Sequence record: OR844650.1
Reading direction: 5' to 3' (one strand)
DNA length: 64,000 nt
Each line of letters opens with the position of its first letter. Position 1 is the stretch's first letter. The notes under the pieces were generated by a model. That model was given only the letters and a program-made list of their open reading frames with translations. It ran no database searches and was not told where the DNA came from. A program made the position numbers and the translations under genes. Of the stretch, positions 54,854 to 63,254 are shown piece by piece.

Positions 54854-55963
54854 ATGTTACCTTTTGTTAGAATGATTAAGTACGGAAATATTGCACCTGA
54901 AGCACCAAAGATAAAGAAAGTACTGTGCGGTCTTGATAATTTGTACGTCCTCTATGGCGATGGCTCACTTTATGGTTGTGGGGTTAATACGTATTTGCAG
55001 TTAAACGTTGAAAATACAGCAACAAGAAATACTTGGATATTAATTTCAGAAGGTGTTACTGATGCATGGGCTGGTGCGTACAATATTCTTTATCTCAAGG
55101 GTGAAGAATTCATAATGCATGGAGTTACCACACAATTAGGCACAGGAAATACTATGATTCCGTTGGGTGGTTTGAATGTTACTTCTTCATTTCCACATAT
55201 ATCTAATATTAAAATGATATCAATTGGTGCAGATACAATGCACTACGTTGATGCTAGTGGTTCGATTGTTTATGGTAGAGGCATGAATGGTAACTATTCA
55301 CTCGGTGGTGGGTATTCCACGGCTCAGAGTACTTTTGTTTCAGTTATTAATACCGGAGCTAATACAGTTCTTGATATATTGGGTACACAGAATAACACAT
55401 TAATATTAACATCAAATAATGAACTTCTCGGTTGCGGGAGCAGTGGGTATGGTTCACTTGGCGTAAGTCCAGGACAGTATACTACACTAGTAAGCAGGTT
55501 AACAAGTGTTAAACTATTTGGTGGTAACAGTACTGGTACTCTTGCTTATTCAGCCAGCAATATATACAACGCAGGTTGGCAGTATATTGGTCAACTTGGT
55601 AACGGTATTACAACGAACACACAAGTATATCCATTTGCATTTAACTCCACTACTATTGATAGTAAGATACATAAAATATCAAAATCAAGTGCGACTTCAT
55701 ATGTTAATATGTACGCAACAACCGAAGGAAAGATATACAGTACTGGTGAATTTGGTAGAAATGGTTCGGGAGGTGGTTTGAGTAGATTCACCAATACACT
55801 AACTTTAGATAATTACAACCCAGAAAAATCATCATTATACACATGTGCACATTTTAGTATAGTATTTGATGGTAATAATCAAATTTATGCTTGTGGTTCT
55901 TTTTTGTATGTACCAGGTCCTATTACCACGAACTCATGGTCTGCAATTACAATGCCGAAATAA
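54854..55963 (+). CDS. MLPF-leader RCC1-like protein 14
   Basis: 369 aa; close paralogue of protein 2. Confidence 0.85.
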   Translation: MLPFVRMIKYGNIAPEAPKIKKVLCGLDNLYVLYGDGSLYGCGVNTYLQLNVENTATRNTWILISEGVTDAWAGAYNILYLKGEEFIMHGVTTQLGTGNTMIPLGGLNVTSSFPHISNIKMISIGADTMHYVDASGSIVYGRGMNGNYSLGGGYSTAQSTFVSVINTGANTVLDILGTQNNTLILTSNNELLGCGSSGYGSLGVSPGQYTTLVSRLTSVKLFGGNSTGTLAYSASNIYNAGWQYIGQLGNGITTNTQVYPFAFNSTTIDSKIHKISKSSATSYVNMYATTEGKIYSTGEFGRNGSGGGLSRFTNTLTLDNYNPEKSSLYTCAHFSIVFDGNNQIYACGSFLYVPGPITTNSWSAITMPK

Positions 55964-55977
55964 TACTATAAAACTAT

Positions 55978-56041
55978 GCCAGTACTTTGTACTGGCTTTC
56001 TTATTTGTATTAAATATAGTATAATGAATAAAGGAGGAATT
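55978..56041 (+). promoter_or_regulatory. Terminator + TAAATA promoter + RBS cassette
   Basis: Same repeat. Confidence 0.85.
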
Positions 56042-57211
56042 ATGTTACCTTTTGGAAGAATGTTCAAGTACGGAAATATTAAACCAACTCTTCCTGAAAT
56101 AAAGAAATTGGATGGTAGTCAATTACATGTCGGATTACTTTATAGTACAGGGAATATGTACATGCGTGGTTCTGGTTCGAACTATAAATTAGGTACAGGG
56201 GATGCTAGTGATGTATTAGGTGGTTGGGTACATGTACCCTATGAAGTTGATGATTTTTGGGCGTGTGTATCCGGTACATTAATAAAGACTGTTGATAATA
56301 AATTATATTGTGCAGGTCTATACATGGGTGGATATTTTGGGGCTAGTGGTTCATATGTTAACTGGACTGAAGTAACTTCATTATTTGTAGGTATTGACGT
56401 GTCGCAAATAAAGAATATAGAATTTACGTCAGCGGGTACTTCCGGTAGTACACTAATATTGATGTTAGATGGTCGTTTATATGGGTTCGGTATGAACAGT
56501 AGATCTGAGTTAGGTGTTAATAACAAAGTTGTATCTCCCATTCTCATAGATACTGAGGTAAGTGCAATAGGAGCACATAAGTTAGGGGGTTCATCGTTCC
56601 ATTATATAAAAGGCGGTAAGTACTACAGATGTGGAACATCGGTTGGTAGTAATATTGGAAGTTCTTCTTTAACTACTTTTACGGTATTGAGTATTCCTGA
56701 TAACGTTATATCTATGCAAATATTATATGACAACGTACAGTTATTATGTTTAGGAAGTTCTGGATATAGTATCTATATGGCTGGTTCTAATGATTATGGT
56801 GGAAGAGGTGGTGGTGGTTCTACTGTTTACACTACATTCAGGAAAATAGATCTTACAGGATTTGGTGTTGCTCCCAGTGAAATACTATTTGAAAATGCCG
56901 GGAATGGTTATGTTAATATATCAACTGATAGTACTGGGGTATATACATGTGGTGGTGGGGCTGGTGTTAATGGTTTAGGTAGACCAACTGATGTGATACC
57001 AAGTTCACAGTTGGGTTCGGTTCAGTTCAGTACTGGAGTAGAACCATCAAATATAAGTCGTGTGTATTCACAGAGTTCGAGTTCTGTTATATATTGTATA
57101 GTTAATAATGAATTGTACTGGGCTGGTAGTAATTCATATTTTACTGATCAAACCACAAATACTGGTACACAATTTTCATTTATTAAGATGAAGGATATGC
57201 CTTCTGCTTAG
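56042..57211 (+). CDS. MLPF-leader RCC1-like protein 15
   Basis: 389 aa; FGMNSRSELG; paralogue of protein 8. Confidence 0.85.
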   Translation: MLPFGRMFKYGNIKPTLPEIKKLDGSQLHVGLLYSTGNMYMRGSGSNYKLGTGDASDVLGGWVHVPYEVDDFWACVSGTLIKTVDNKLYCAGLYMGGYFGASGSYVNWTEVTSLFVGIDVSQIKNIEFTSAGTSGSTLILMLDGRLYGFGMNSRSELGVNNKVVSPILIDTEVSAIGAHKLGGSSFHYIKGGKYYRCGTSVGSNIGSSSLTTFTVLSIPDNVISMQILYDNVQLLCLGSSGYSIYMAGSNDYGGRGGGGSTVYTTFRKIDLTGFGVAPSEILFENAGNGYVNISTDSTGVYTCGGGAGVNGLGRPTDVIPSSQLGSVQFSTGVEPSNISRVYSQSSSSVIYCIVNNELYWAGSNSYFTDQTTNTGTQFSFIKMKDMPSA

Positions 57212-57216
57212 ATTTT

Positions 57217-57282
57217 ATGCCAGTGCCTTGTACTGGCATTTTTTGTCCTAAATATAATAACGATTTACATTTGGAGGATACA
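57217..57282 (+). promoter_or_regulatory. Divergent terminator + TAAATA promoter cassette
   Basis: ATGCCAGTG-CCT-TGTACTGGCAT stem, TAAATA at 57249. Confidence 0.7.
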
Positions 57283-57706
57283 ATGCTACCCTTTCGAAGA
57301 ATTATCACATCATCAAAAAAGAACATACAACCTTCTGTTACAAAAATAGCTTCATCTGATACGACAGTTTTTGCCCTTATGTCAGATGGTACGTTGTACA
57401 GTAGAGAATCTCAAGAGTTTGGGTTATTCATATTTTTCTAATCATATTATAACTTCATTGGGTGTTTACGCAACTGGTAATAACACAGGCGATAACGCAG
57501 GTCAATTGGGTATAGGTACACAAACAGATGTGTCGGCCTATACCAAATGTGTACTACCAATAGAGATGAATATGAATAACGTATATGTTACAGCAACTTT
57601 ATACAGAACTTACTTAACCGATGGTATACAAATTTACAGTACTGGACAATATATTACAGACGGTGGAGTTGCCAGTACTGTATTTGTTAAAGATTCACCA
57701 TTTTAG
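57283..57706 (+). pseudogene. Internally deleted MLPF/RCC1 relic (member 16)
   Basis: MLPFRR... N-terminal about 40 aa joined out of frame to about 95 aa resembling the C-terminus of protein 10. Confidence 0.7.
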
Positions 57707-58349
57707 GAATATTGTACAAAGTGTATGCAGTTATTTTAGAACTCTTTTTAAATTCATCATAGAGAAAATTCAAAATTCTGGAGCATTCAATATACTTTTC
57801 AATATCTTTATGGATTAATGAGTACTGAAACATTAAATCAGATGATATAGTGTAGGTACTACCTTTTAAACTGTTTAAAATATCACAGATTTCAGGGTTT
57901 ACTGGTACTTCGTCAAAATTATCATCTAAAACATTTATTTCAAAATCAAAGCTATCTTTGTTTTTGATTAATTTGATAATAGAATCACCATAAACATTAT
58001 ATTGTTTTAATGGATTTACTACAATGTTAAAAAGATTGGATGTATTACAATCAATATCCATAAAGTATGTATTATCATTGTACTTAATATTGAAACATCC
58101 GTACTCAATAAAATCACCAGGAGTTATTGATGAGTTTCTTCTCGTTTCAACATAAGAAGCTTTAATTTTGTTTTTATGTAAAAGAGTAATAAATTTCTTA
58201 GACTGTTTAGCACCAGCTAAGTAAGTATTATAACTTGGTCTTTTAAAGATTATAGGACTAGACTTCTCGCCAGAGAAATATTTTTTTATAAATTTACGTT
58301 GTTTAACAAAATAGTTTTTATAAAACAAACCTAATTTTGATTTCATCAT
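57687..58349 (-). CDS. Hypothetical protein, FQxSLV-motif family
   Basis: 220 aa; DLMFQYSLIHKD; AAGGAG RBS. Confidence 0.8.
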   Translation of the reverse strand: MMKSKLGLFYKNYFVKQRKFIKKYFSGEKSSPIIFKRPSYNTYLAGAKQSKKFITLLHKNKIKASYVETRRNSSITPGDFIEYGCFNIKYNDNTYFMDIDCNTSNLFNIVVNPLKQYNVYGDSIIKLIKNKDSFDFEINVLDDNFDEVPVNPEICDILNSLKGSTYTISSDLMFQYSLIHKDIEKYIECSRILNFLYDEFKKSSKITAYTLYNIPKMVNL

Positions 58350-58361
58350 AACTCCTTATAC

Positions 58362-58390
58362 ATCCAGTACTTAATAGTACTGGATTTTTT
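58362..58390 (+). terminator. Intrinsic terminator with AGTACT stem
   Basis: ATCCAGTAC-TTAATA-GTACTGGAT-TTTTT. Confidence 0.7.
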
Positions 58391-58391
58391 A

Positions 58392-58763
58392 TTATGACAT
58401 ACGCTTATTATGAATGGAATTATGAATGGATTTTAAATAATTATATAATTTTATCAATCCACTACCAGTAGCTACAAACAGTAGTGCTGTTGGTATCATA
58501 CATCCAAACATGGTTATTAATTCATGTATTTCCATACCATCACTATTTGGTCCCACATCAAATATAACAACCAAAACAACACCTAAAATGCTTAGACAAT
58601 AATATCCCATAAAGACCATAAAAGTGATATATCCGGCACTTGATTTAATATTACATAACATATTATACACTGGATTAATACAGAAGAAGTATAATAACCA
58701 TACCAGTGTTCCAGTACTGAACATAATAATTGAAATAATGGAAAATATCTCACGGTAACTCAT
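58392..58763 (-). CDS. Small multi-TM membrane protein
   Basis: Three hydrophobic segments. Confidence 0.75.
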   Translation of the reverse strand: MSYREIFSIISIIMFSTGTLVWLLYFFCINPVYNMLCNIKSSAGYITFMVFMGYYCLSILGVVLVVIFDVGPNSDGMEIHELITMFGCMIPTALLFVATGSGLIKLYNYLKSIHNSIHNKRMS

Positions 58764-58764
58764 A

Positions 58765-59127
58765 TTATTTCCTCATACCCAAACGTTGGTGGATTTCAGA
58801 GATCTTTATATACAATAGTACCACAAGGTGCAGTACTAAACAACATATAATTACGGCTAATACCAATGAACATATCATAAGACCGAAGGTTATTGTATTC
58901 AAAGAGGATGTGAACAGTCCAATTATTAATACAATAAAACCAAAATTGAATACTGTACCCAACACAGTATATGCTGGACTATATCTCTTTTGGATTACAT
59001 CATATATATTTGATAATGGTCGCTTATGGAAGTACTTCCCAATGCACACGAATGCATTCAGTGAGAAGATAAATGTATACGCCATTACTAGTAATTGACC
59101 AACGAAAGATAATTCTATCCCGTTCAT
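58765..59127 (-). CDS. Small multi-TM membrane protein
   Basis: Start MNGIE after GAGGT; three hydrophobic segments. Confidence 0.75.
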   Translation of the reverse strand: MNGIELSFVGQLLVMAYTFIFSLNAFVCIGKYFHKRPLSNIYDVIQKRYSPAYTVLGTVFNFGFIVLIIGLFTSSLNTITFGLMICSLVLAVIICCLVLHLVVLLYIKISEIHQRLGMRK

Positions 59128-59128
59128 A

Positions 59129-59497
59129 CTAACCTCGTTTACGTTTTTTAATTGTACTGTGCATCTTTTCGAAATAGGGAACCAAAACATATTGAACAGT
59201 TTGCCAGATAACCATTAGATTATGCACTGCACCACCAAGGATACCAAACACTAGAACAATAATTGCCATAATAGGATCACCGTCTACCATACCCCATTTA
59301 AAGATATGTAAAATCCAAGCAATGACTAGACAAAATAAACTAAGCCAATACGTAATGAAAAATCCGGCTTGTAGTTCATAATCATCAGCAATTTCATCGT
59401 ATACCGTTTCTAAAAATGATACACAAAAGAATTTACCAATTATAACCACAGTACTAATAAACAACATAGCAGTTAAGATAATAAGAGCAATTTCCAT
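59129..59497 (-). CDS. Small multi-TM membrane protein
   Basis: Three hydrophobic segments, basic C-terminus. Confidence 0.75.
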   Translation of the reverse strand: MEIALIILTAMLFISTVVIIGKFFCVSFLETVYDEIADDYELQAGFFITYWLSLFCLVIAWILHIFKWGMVDGDPIMAIIVLVFGILGGAVHNLMVIWQTVQYVLVPYFEKMHSTIKKRKRG

Positions 59498-59811
59498 TAC
59501 ATCCCTCGTTTACGCTTTTGATTGCGTCTAAATTCTGTTAGTCCACGGCTAATCGGCGGCATCAGACTACATAAAAAAGTAACAGTTGTTGGTAGTAACA
59601 TCAAGTCAATCATTGCAGTGTTATCTGGTGGATCAAAAACCAAAAAATACACACAAGAAACACTAATAATGGTTGAACCGATAAAAGGAATACAAAATTC
59701 TTTTATCTGTTTTTCAACATAATCAAACATCTTGAGTACAAATAAAAATCCAACCCAACACATAATGAAATAGAATGAATACAACGTGTAAATCAATGTT
59801 ACTATATCCAT
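59497..59811 (-). CDS. Small multi-TM membrane protein
   Basis: Three hydrophobic segments. Confidence 0.75.
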   Translation of the reverse strand: MDIVTLIYTLYSFYFIMCWVGFLFVLKMFDYVEKQIKEFCIPFIGSTIISVSCVYFLVFDPPDNTAMIDLMLLPTTVTFLCSLMPPISRGLTEFRRNQKRKRGM

Positions 59812-60149
59812 TAGTACCTCGCATCAGGAACTTTAGCACGTAACTTATGAACGACTGGGAACAACAACAAACTTACATATGCAATAGTTGAACCCCAATA
59901 GAATACTAATACAATTGGTTCACCATTAGAACGGAAACCTCTACTAATCATTGAGTAGTGAATAATAGGCATAATCATCGCCATACCAAACCATGCGTGT
60001 AATTTTAATTGCAGCATGTTATCAGCGATGAATACTGAAATTGGTCGTTTAAAGAACCACATCAGAAAGTAGAATCCAGCACTAATAATATAGTACATGG
60101 TACTAACTTTCATATACCACGGCAGTAAGTGTAAAAAATATTCCATCAT
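59811..60149 (-). CDS. Small multi-TM membrane protein
   Basis: Three hydrophobic segments. Confidence 0.75.
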   Translation of the reverse strand: MMEYFLHLLPWYMKVSTMYYIISAGFYFLMWFFKRPISVFIADNMLQLKLHAWFGMAMIMPIIHYSMISRGFRSNGEPIVLVFYWGSTIAYVSLLLFPVVHKLRAKVPDARY

Positions 60150-60493
60150 TCCTCCGGTATCTTGTTTCGAAGGTCAATCATAACACAACAAAGTTTAATG
60201 ATCAAGTGAAAAACTACACATATCATACCAATTGTTCCATAAACGACTGAAAAAGCAGGTAGTGCTTTTCCGGCTAGAACAGCCACAATACATGCAATCA
60301 ATGTTGATGCAAACAACGATTGATTAATGAAAGAATTCATAAAATCTTCACCATTACGCTTATAGAATTGTCGTTTAAAATACCATCCTAGAAACATAAC
60401 TACCCAAAATGTTACATAACCTGTTAGAATAATCCCTGCAATTGAATGTGCAACTGGACTACTCCTTAAAAACTCAAGATAAGCTTCAAACAT
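60146..60493 (-). CDS. Small multi-TM membrane protein
   Basis: WYFKR motif after TM1. Confidence 0.75.
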   Translation of the reverse strand: MFEAYLEFLRSSPVAHSIAGIILTGYVTFWVVMFLGWYFKRQFYKRNGEDFMNSFINQSLFASTLIACIVAVLAGKALPAFSVVYGTIGMICVVFHLIIKLCCVMIDLRNKIPEE

Positions 60494-60831
60494 TAGAAGT
60501 CTCCGCGAATTTTATCTCTACCATGAATAATGAGATGGATTAAGTATACAACTAACCAAATGAACAACCCAAAGAATACAATATATTGTGAGATTGAGTT
60601 CAAGTGAGGATTAGCACAATAAATTAAGTGTGCCATAAGACCAACAATTGCAAACAAACCTTGAACAAGTGTGTAAAGAACTAGTGATGAATTCCTCACT
60701 GGATACAGTTTAAAAACAATTTTCTTTTTAAAATACCATAGTACTACAACTAGTGCATGATAAAAGAAAAAACCAAACAGATAAATCAAAGTAATACTAA
60801 GCATTGTATCTGACTTAAAGAATGTTAACAT
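60493..60831 (-). CDS. Small multi-TM membrane protein, paralogue of 60831-61172
   Basis: SDTML.ITLIY, WYFK.KIVFKLY, RD.I.GDF shared. Confidence 0.8.
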   Translation of the reverse strand: MLTFFKSDTMLSITLIYLFGFFFYHALVVVLWYFKKKIVFKLYPVRNSSLVLYTLVQGLFAIVGLMAHLIYCANPHLNSISQYIVFFGLFIWLVVYLIHLIIHGRDKIRGDF

Positions 60832-61172
60832 TAGAAATCCCCTTTAATTCTATCACGAGCTTTAATAATAAAGTACATGCTACACACCAACAACCACACG
60901 ATTAGACCTGAAAACACAAGATATTGTGTAATGTGTGGTGTATTATCAATTTGTAACATGTAAATCGCATATGTCATCACACCAAATAAAATAAACCCAC
61001 CTTGGATAATACTATATAAAACTAAGACTACATTATCATCCGAATACAATTTAAAAACAATTTTCCTTTTAAAATACCACAGACTAATTACAATTGAATG
61101 ATAACACAAAAATACAAACATGTAAATTAGCGTGATACCAAGCATTGTATCTGAATTAAAAAACTCAAGCAT
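60831..61172 (-). CDS. Small multi-TM membrane protein
   Basis: Paralogue of 60493-60831. Confidence 0.8.
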   Translation of the reverse strand: MLEFFNSDTMLGITLIYMFVFLCYHSIVISLWYFKRKIVFKLYSDDNVVLVLYSIIQGGFILFGVMTYAIYMLQIDNTPHITQYLVFSGLIVWLLVCSMYFIIKARDRIKGDF

Positions 61173-61201
61173 ATCGTATCTCCGGTGGTGAATATTAAGT
61201 T

Positions 61202-61230
61202 ATAGTACTACACGATGGTAGTACTGTCAA
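61202..61230 (-). promoter_or_regulatory. sigma70 promoter for membrane-protein cluster
   Basis: TTGACA-17-TACTAT containing two AGTACT sites. Confidence 0.7.
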
Positions 61231-61239
61231 TACATGTAA

Positions 61240-62013
61240 TTAAATTTTCTCAAGGAACATATTCTCTGCCATTGACTCCCAATCGTATGGGAATTTATTA
61301 TACAGACCAGCGATCAGTACTGGCATACGCAGTGATGGACTACGCAGACGTTCTTCGTTGTTCAGCATCCAGTTCAGAATTGCTCTACATCCATTCTTGT
61401 TAACACCATTGTTTTCAAGGATGTTTGTTTTGTTCATGATGTTCTCAATGTGAATCATCACTTCTTCGTTGGTGAACAGTTGTAAGTCAACAAAGATGCT
61501 ACGAGTGATCAGTGCATCAATATGTGGTGCTAAACCACTTTTACCTTTAGCCAGTTGTGACAGGTTTTTGTTCGTCAGGAAGATAACCTTACCACGGAAT
61601 TCAAACTGCTTAGGGATACCCTGCTGTTCCAGGTACTTAGCAGAAGTCGCGTAAGAAACTACACGCTTTTCTGACGTATCCAACACAGCTTTAAGCAAAT
61701 CAATATTAGTCTCATCAGAGAAGATATCAACATCATCAAGTAACAGTACTGATGCGGCATGACGTGAACGATACAGTGCTTCGTACAGACCCAAAGTAGT
61801 TACTTTACCACTGATTTTCTTGTAGTCGATTTCAAAGTTATCATCAGCTTTCCGTAAACGCTGGTCCACGTTGTATGTCTTACCAACACCACCTTTACCT
61901 GATACGATCAGAGAGTTGATAGAGTTAGCTTGTGTATCCAGAAGACATTCAAGTGCTGCCATCATGGAGTTGAAGTTCTTTTCGATTTGGATTGCTTTCT
62001 CTGTACGGTTCAT
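61240..62013 (-). CDS. AAA+ family P-loop ATPase
   Basis: Walker A GKGGVGKT, Walker B LLLDDVD, sensor VIFLTN. Confidence 0.9.
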   Translation of the reverse strand: MNRTEKAIQIEKNFNSMMAALECLLDTQANSINSLIVSGKGGVGKTYNVDQRLRKADDNFEIDYKKISGKVTTLGLYEALYRSRHAASVLLLDDVDIFSDETNIDLLKAVLDTSEKRVVSYATSAKYLEQQGIPKQFEFRGKVIFLTNKNLSQLAKGKSGLAPHIDALITRSIFVDLQLFTNEEVMIHIENIMNKTNILENNGVNKNGCRAILNWMLNNEERLRSPSLRMPVLIAGLYNKFPYDWESMAENMFLEKI

Positions 62014-62103
62014 TTCGTTACCCTCTCTAGTTGATGAAATAATTATAGCAAACGAATGGCATATACGTCAAGTACTAAATACATTTTTATTAAGGGGAGA
62101 GAT

Positions 62104-63081
62104 ATGGCAGGTAAAATATCACATGAAGAGGCTAAAGTAATAGTTGATAGTATATGTGAAAATATAAATTTCAAGCTTAATAGCTTTGAATATATAGGTT
62201 CATTGAAAACAATTTTAGATTTAACATGCCCCAATGGACACGCATGTAACACTACCACTTATGCAAAGTTTGTTAGTAGAAAGGGTTTAAAATGTCGAGA
62301 ATGTTTAGGAATAAAAAAGAAATCACAAGAAGATGCGGAAATGGAATTAATAGAAAGATGCAAAGAAAGTGGTTATTCCTATGACAATTTCAAATATATT
62401 GGTGTTGATAAAACTAAATTAAACTTAACTTGCAACAAAGGTCATCAATGGGATACAACAACATATATAAGTTTTGTTAACGATAAAACTGGATGTCCAT
62501 TTTGTGCAGGGAATGTAAAACACACACAATCTTATTGTGAGAAAGTTGTGAATGAGTTGTGTTCTCTATATGGATATTCATGTGAACCATTTGAATACAT
62601 TGGTGTGGATGAAACGTTTTTATCACTAACATGCAATAAAGGTCACACATGGTCTAGTACAGATTTTTATCATTTTACCAAGAAAGGAAACAAATGTCCA
62701 GAATGTCAATCCAACGAATCATACAAATTGAAAGAAATTATTGATCCAATGCTACCTGAATTTGAAAAAGAAAAACGTTTTGATGATTGTAGGTTAGTTC
62801 GCCCATTACCGTTTGATAGATATGTTCCAAGTTTGAATCTACTTATAGAGTATGATGGTGAGCAACATTTTAAATACCGAGAATATATGCATGGTGATAT
62901 AGAATCATACAATAAAATGAAAGAAAGAGATGAAATTAAAACAAAATACGCAATAGATAATGGTTTTAATTTTATCAGGATTGCGTATTTTGAAGATTGT
63001 AATTATACATTACTCGATATTATTAAACAAATTATTGGTTCTTATAATCAATTAATCAAGATTCATGGTGTATATCTTTAA
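62104..63081 (+). mobile_element. Homing endonuclease-like gene: CxxGHxW zinc-ribbon repeats + C-terminal PD-(D/E)XK/Vsr-like nuclease domain
   Basis: Repeated LTC(P/N)(N/K)GH..C(P)xC; LPFDRY..LNLLIEYDGEQHF; TAAATA at 62076 upstream. Confidence 0.75.
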
Positions 63082-63236
63082 TACACCCATCCTTTTTGTT
63101 TACAATACGCTTCAGCAGCGGTGCGGGTTGAAAAACGTAATCTACCTTCACCGTTTTCAGGTTTAACAACAACACCATTTTTCCATATACTATAACGTTC
63201 ATTTCCAAATGCTTCGTCTCTTATTTCTACTTTCAT
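63078..63236 (-). CDS. Small protein (52 aa, MKVEIRDEAF...)
   Basis: Hand translation; GAGGA RBS. Confidence 0.6.
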   Translation of the reverse strand: MKVEIRDEAFGNERYSIWKNGVVVKPENGEGRLRFSTRTAAEAYCKQKGWVY

Positions 63237-63254
63237 TGCATATTTCCTCTATTG

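Noticed and set aside
39426-56041. Extensions MNKGGN / MIKYSIMNKGGN / MPVLCTG on propeller genes
   Set aside because: These are translations of the promoter-RBS cassette; AAGGAGG precedes the MLPF ATG in every copy
40023-56547. Minus-strand and alternate-frame ORFs in the propeller array (e.g. 52761-53351, 49409-49732, 54433-54741)
   Set aside because: Shadows of Gly/Thr/Ser-rich coding sequence; no translation signals
39444-57706. Integron, shufflon or diversity-generating retroelement as the array mechanism
   Set aside because: No integrase, invertase or reverse transcriptase in the window, all genes are co-oriented, the hairpins are ordinary terminators, and no near-identical template/variable repeat pair was seen; enzymes elsewhere in the genome cannot be excluded
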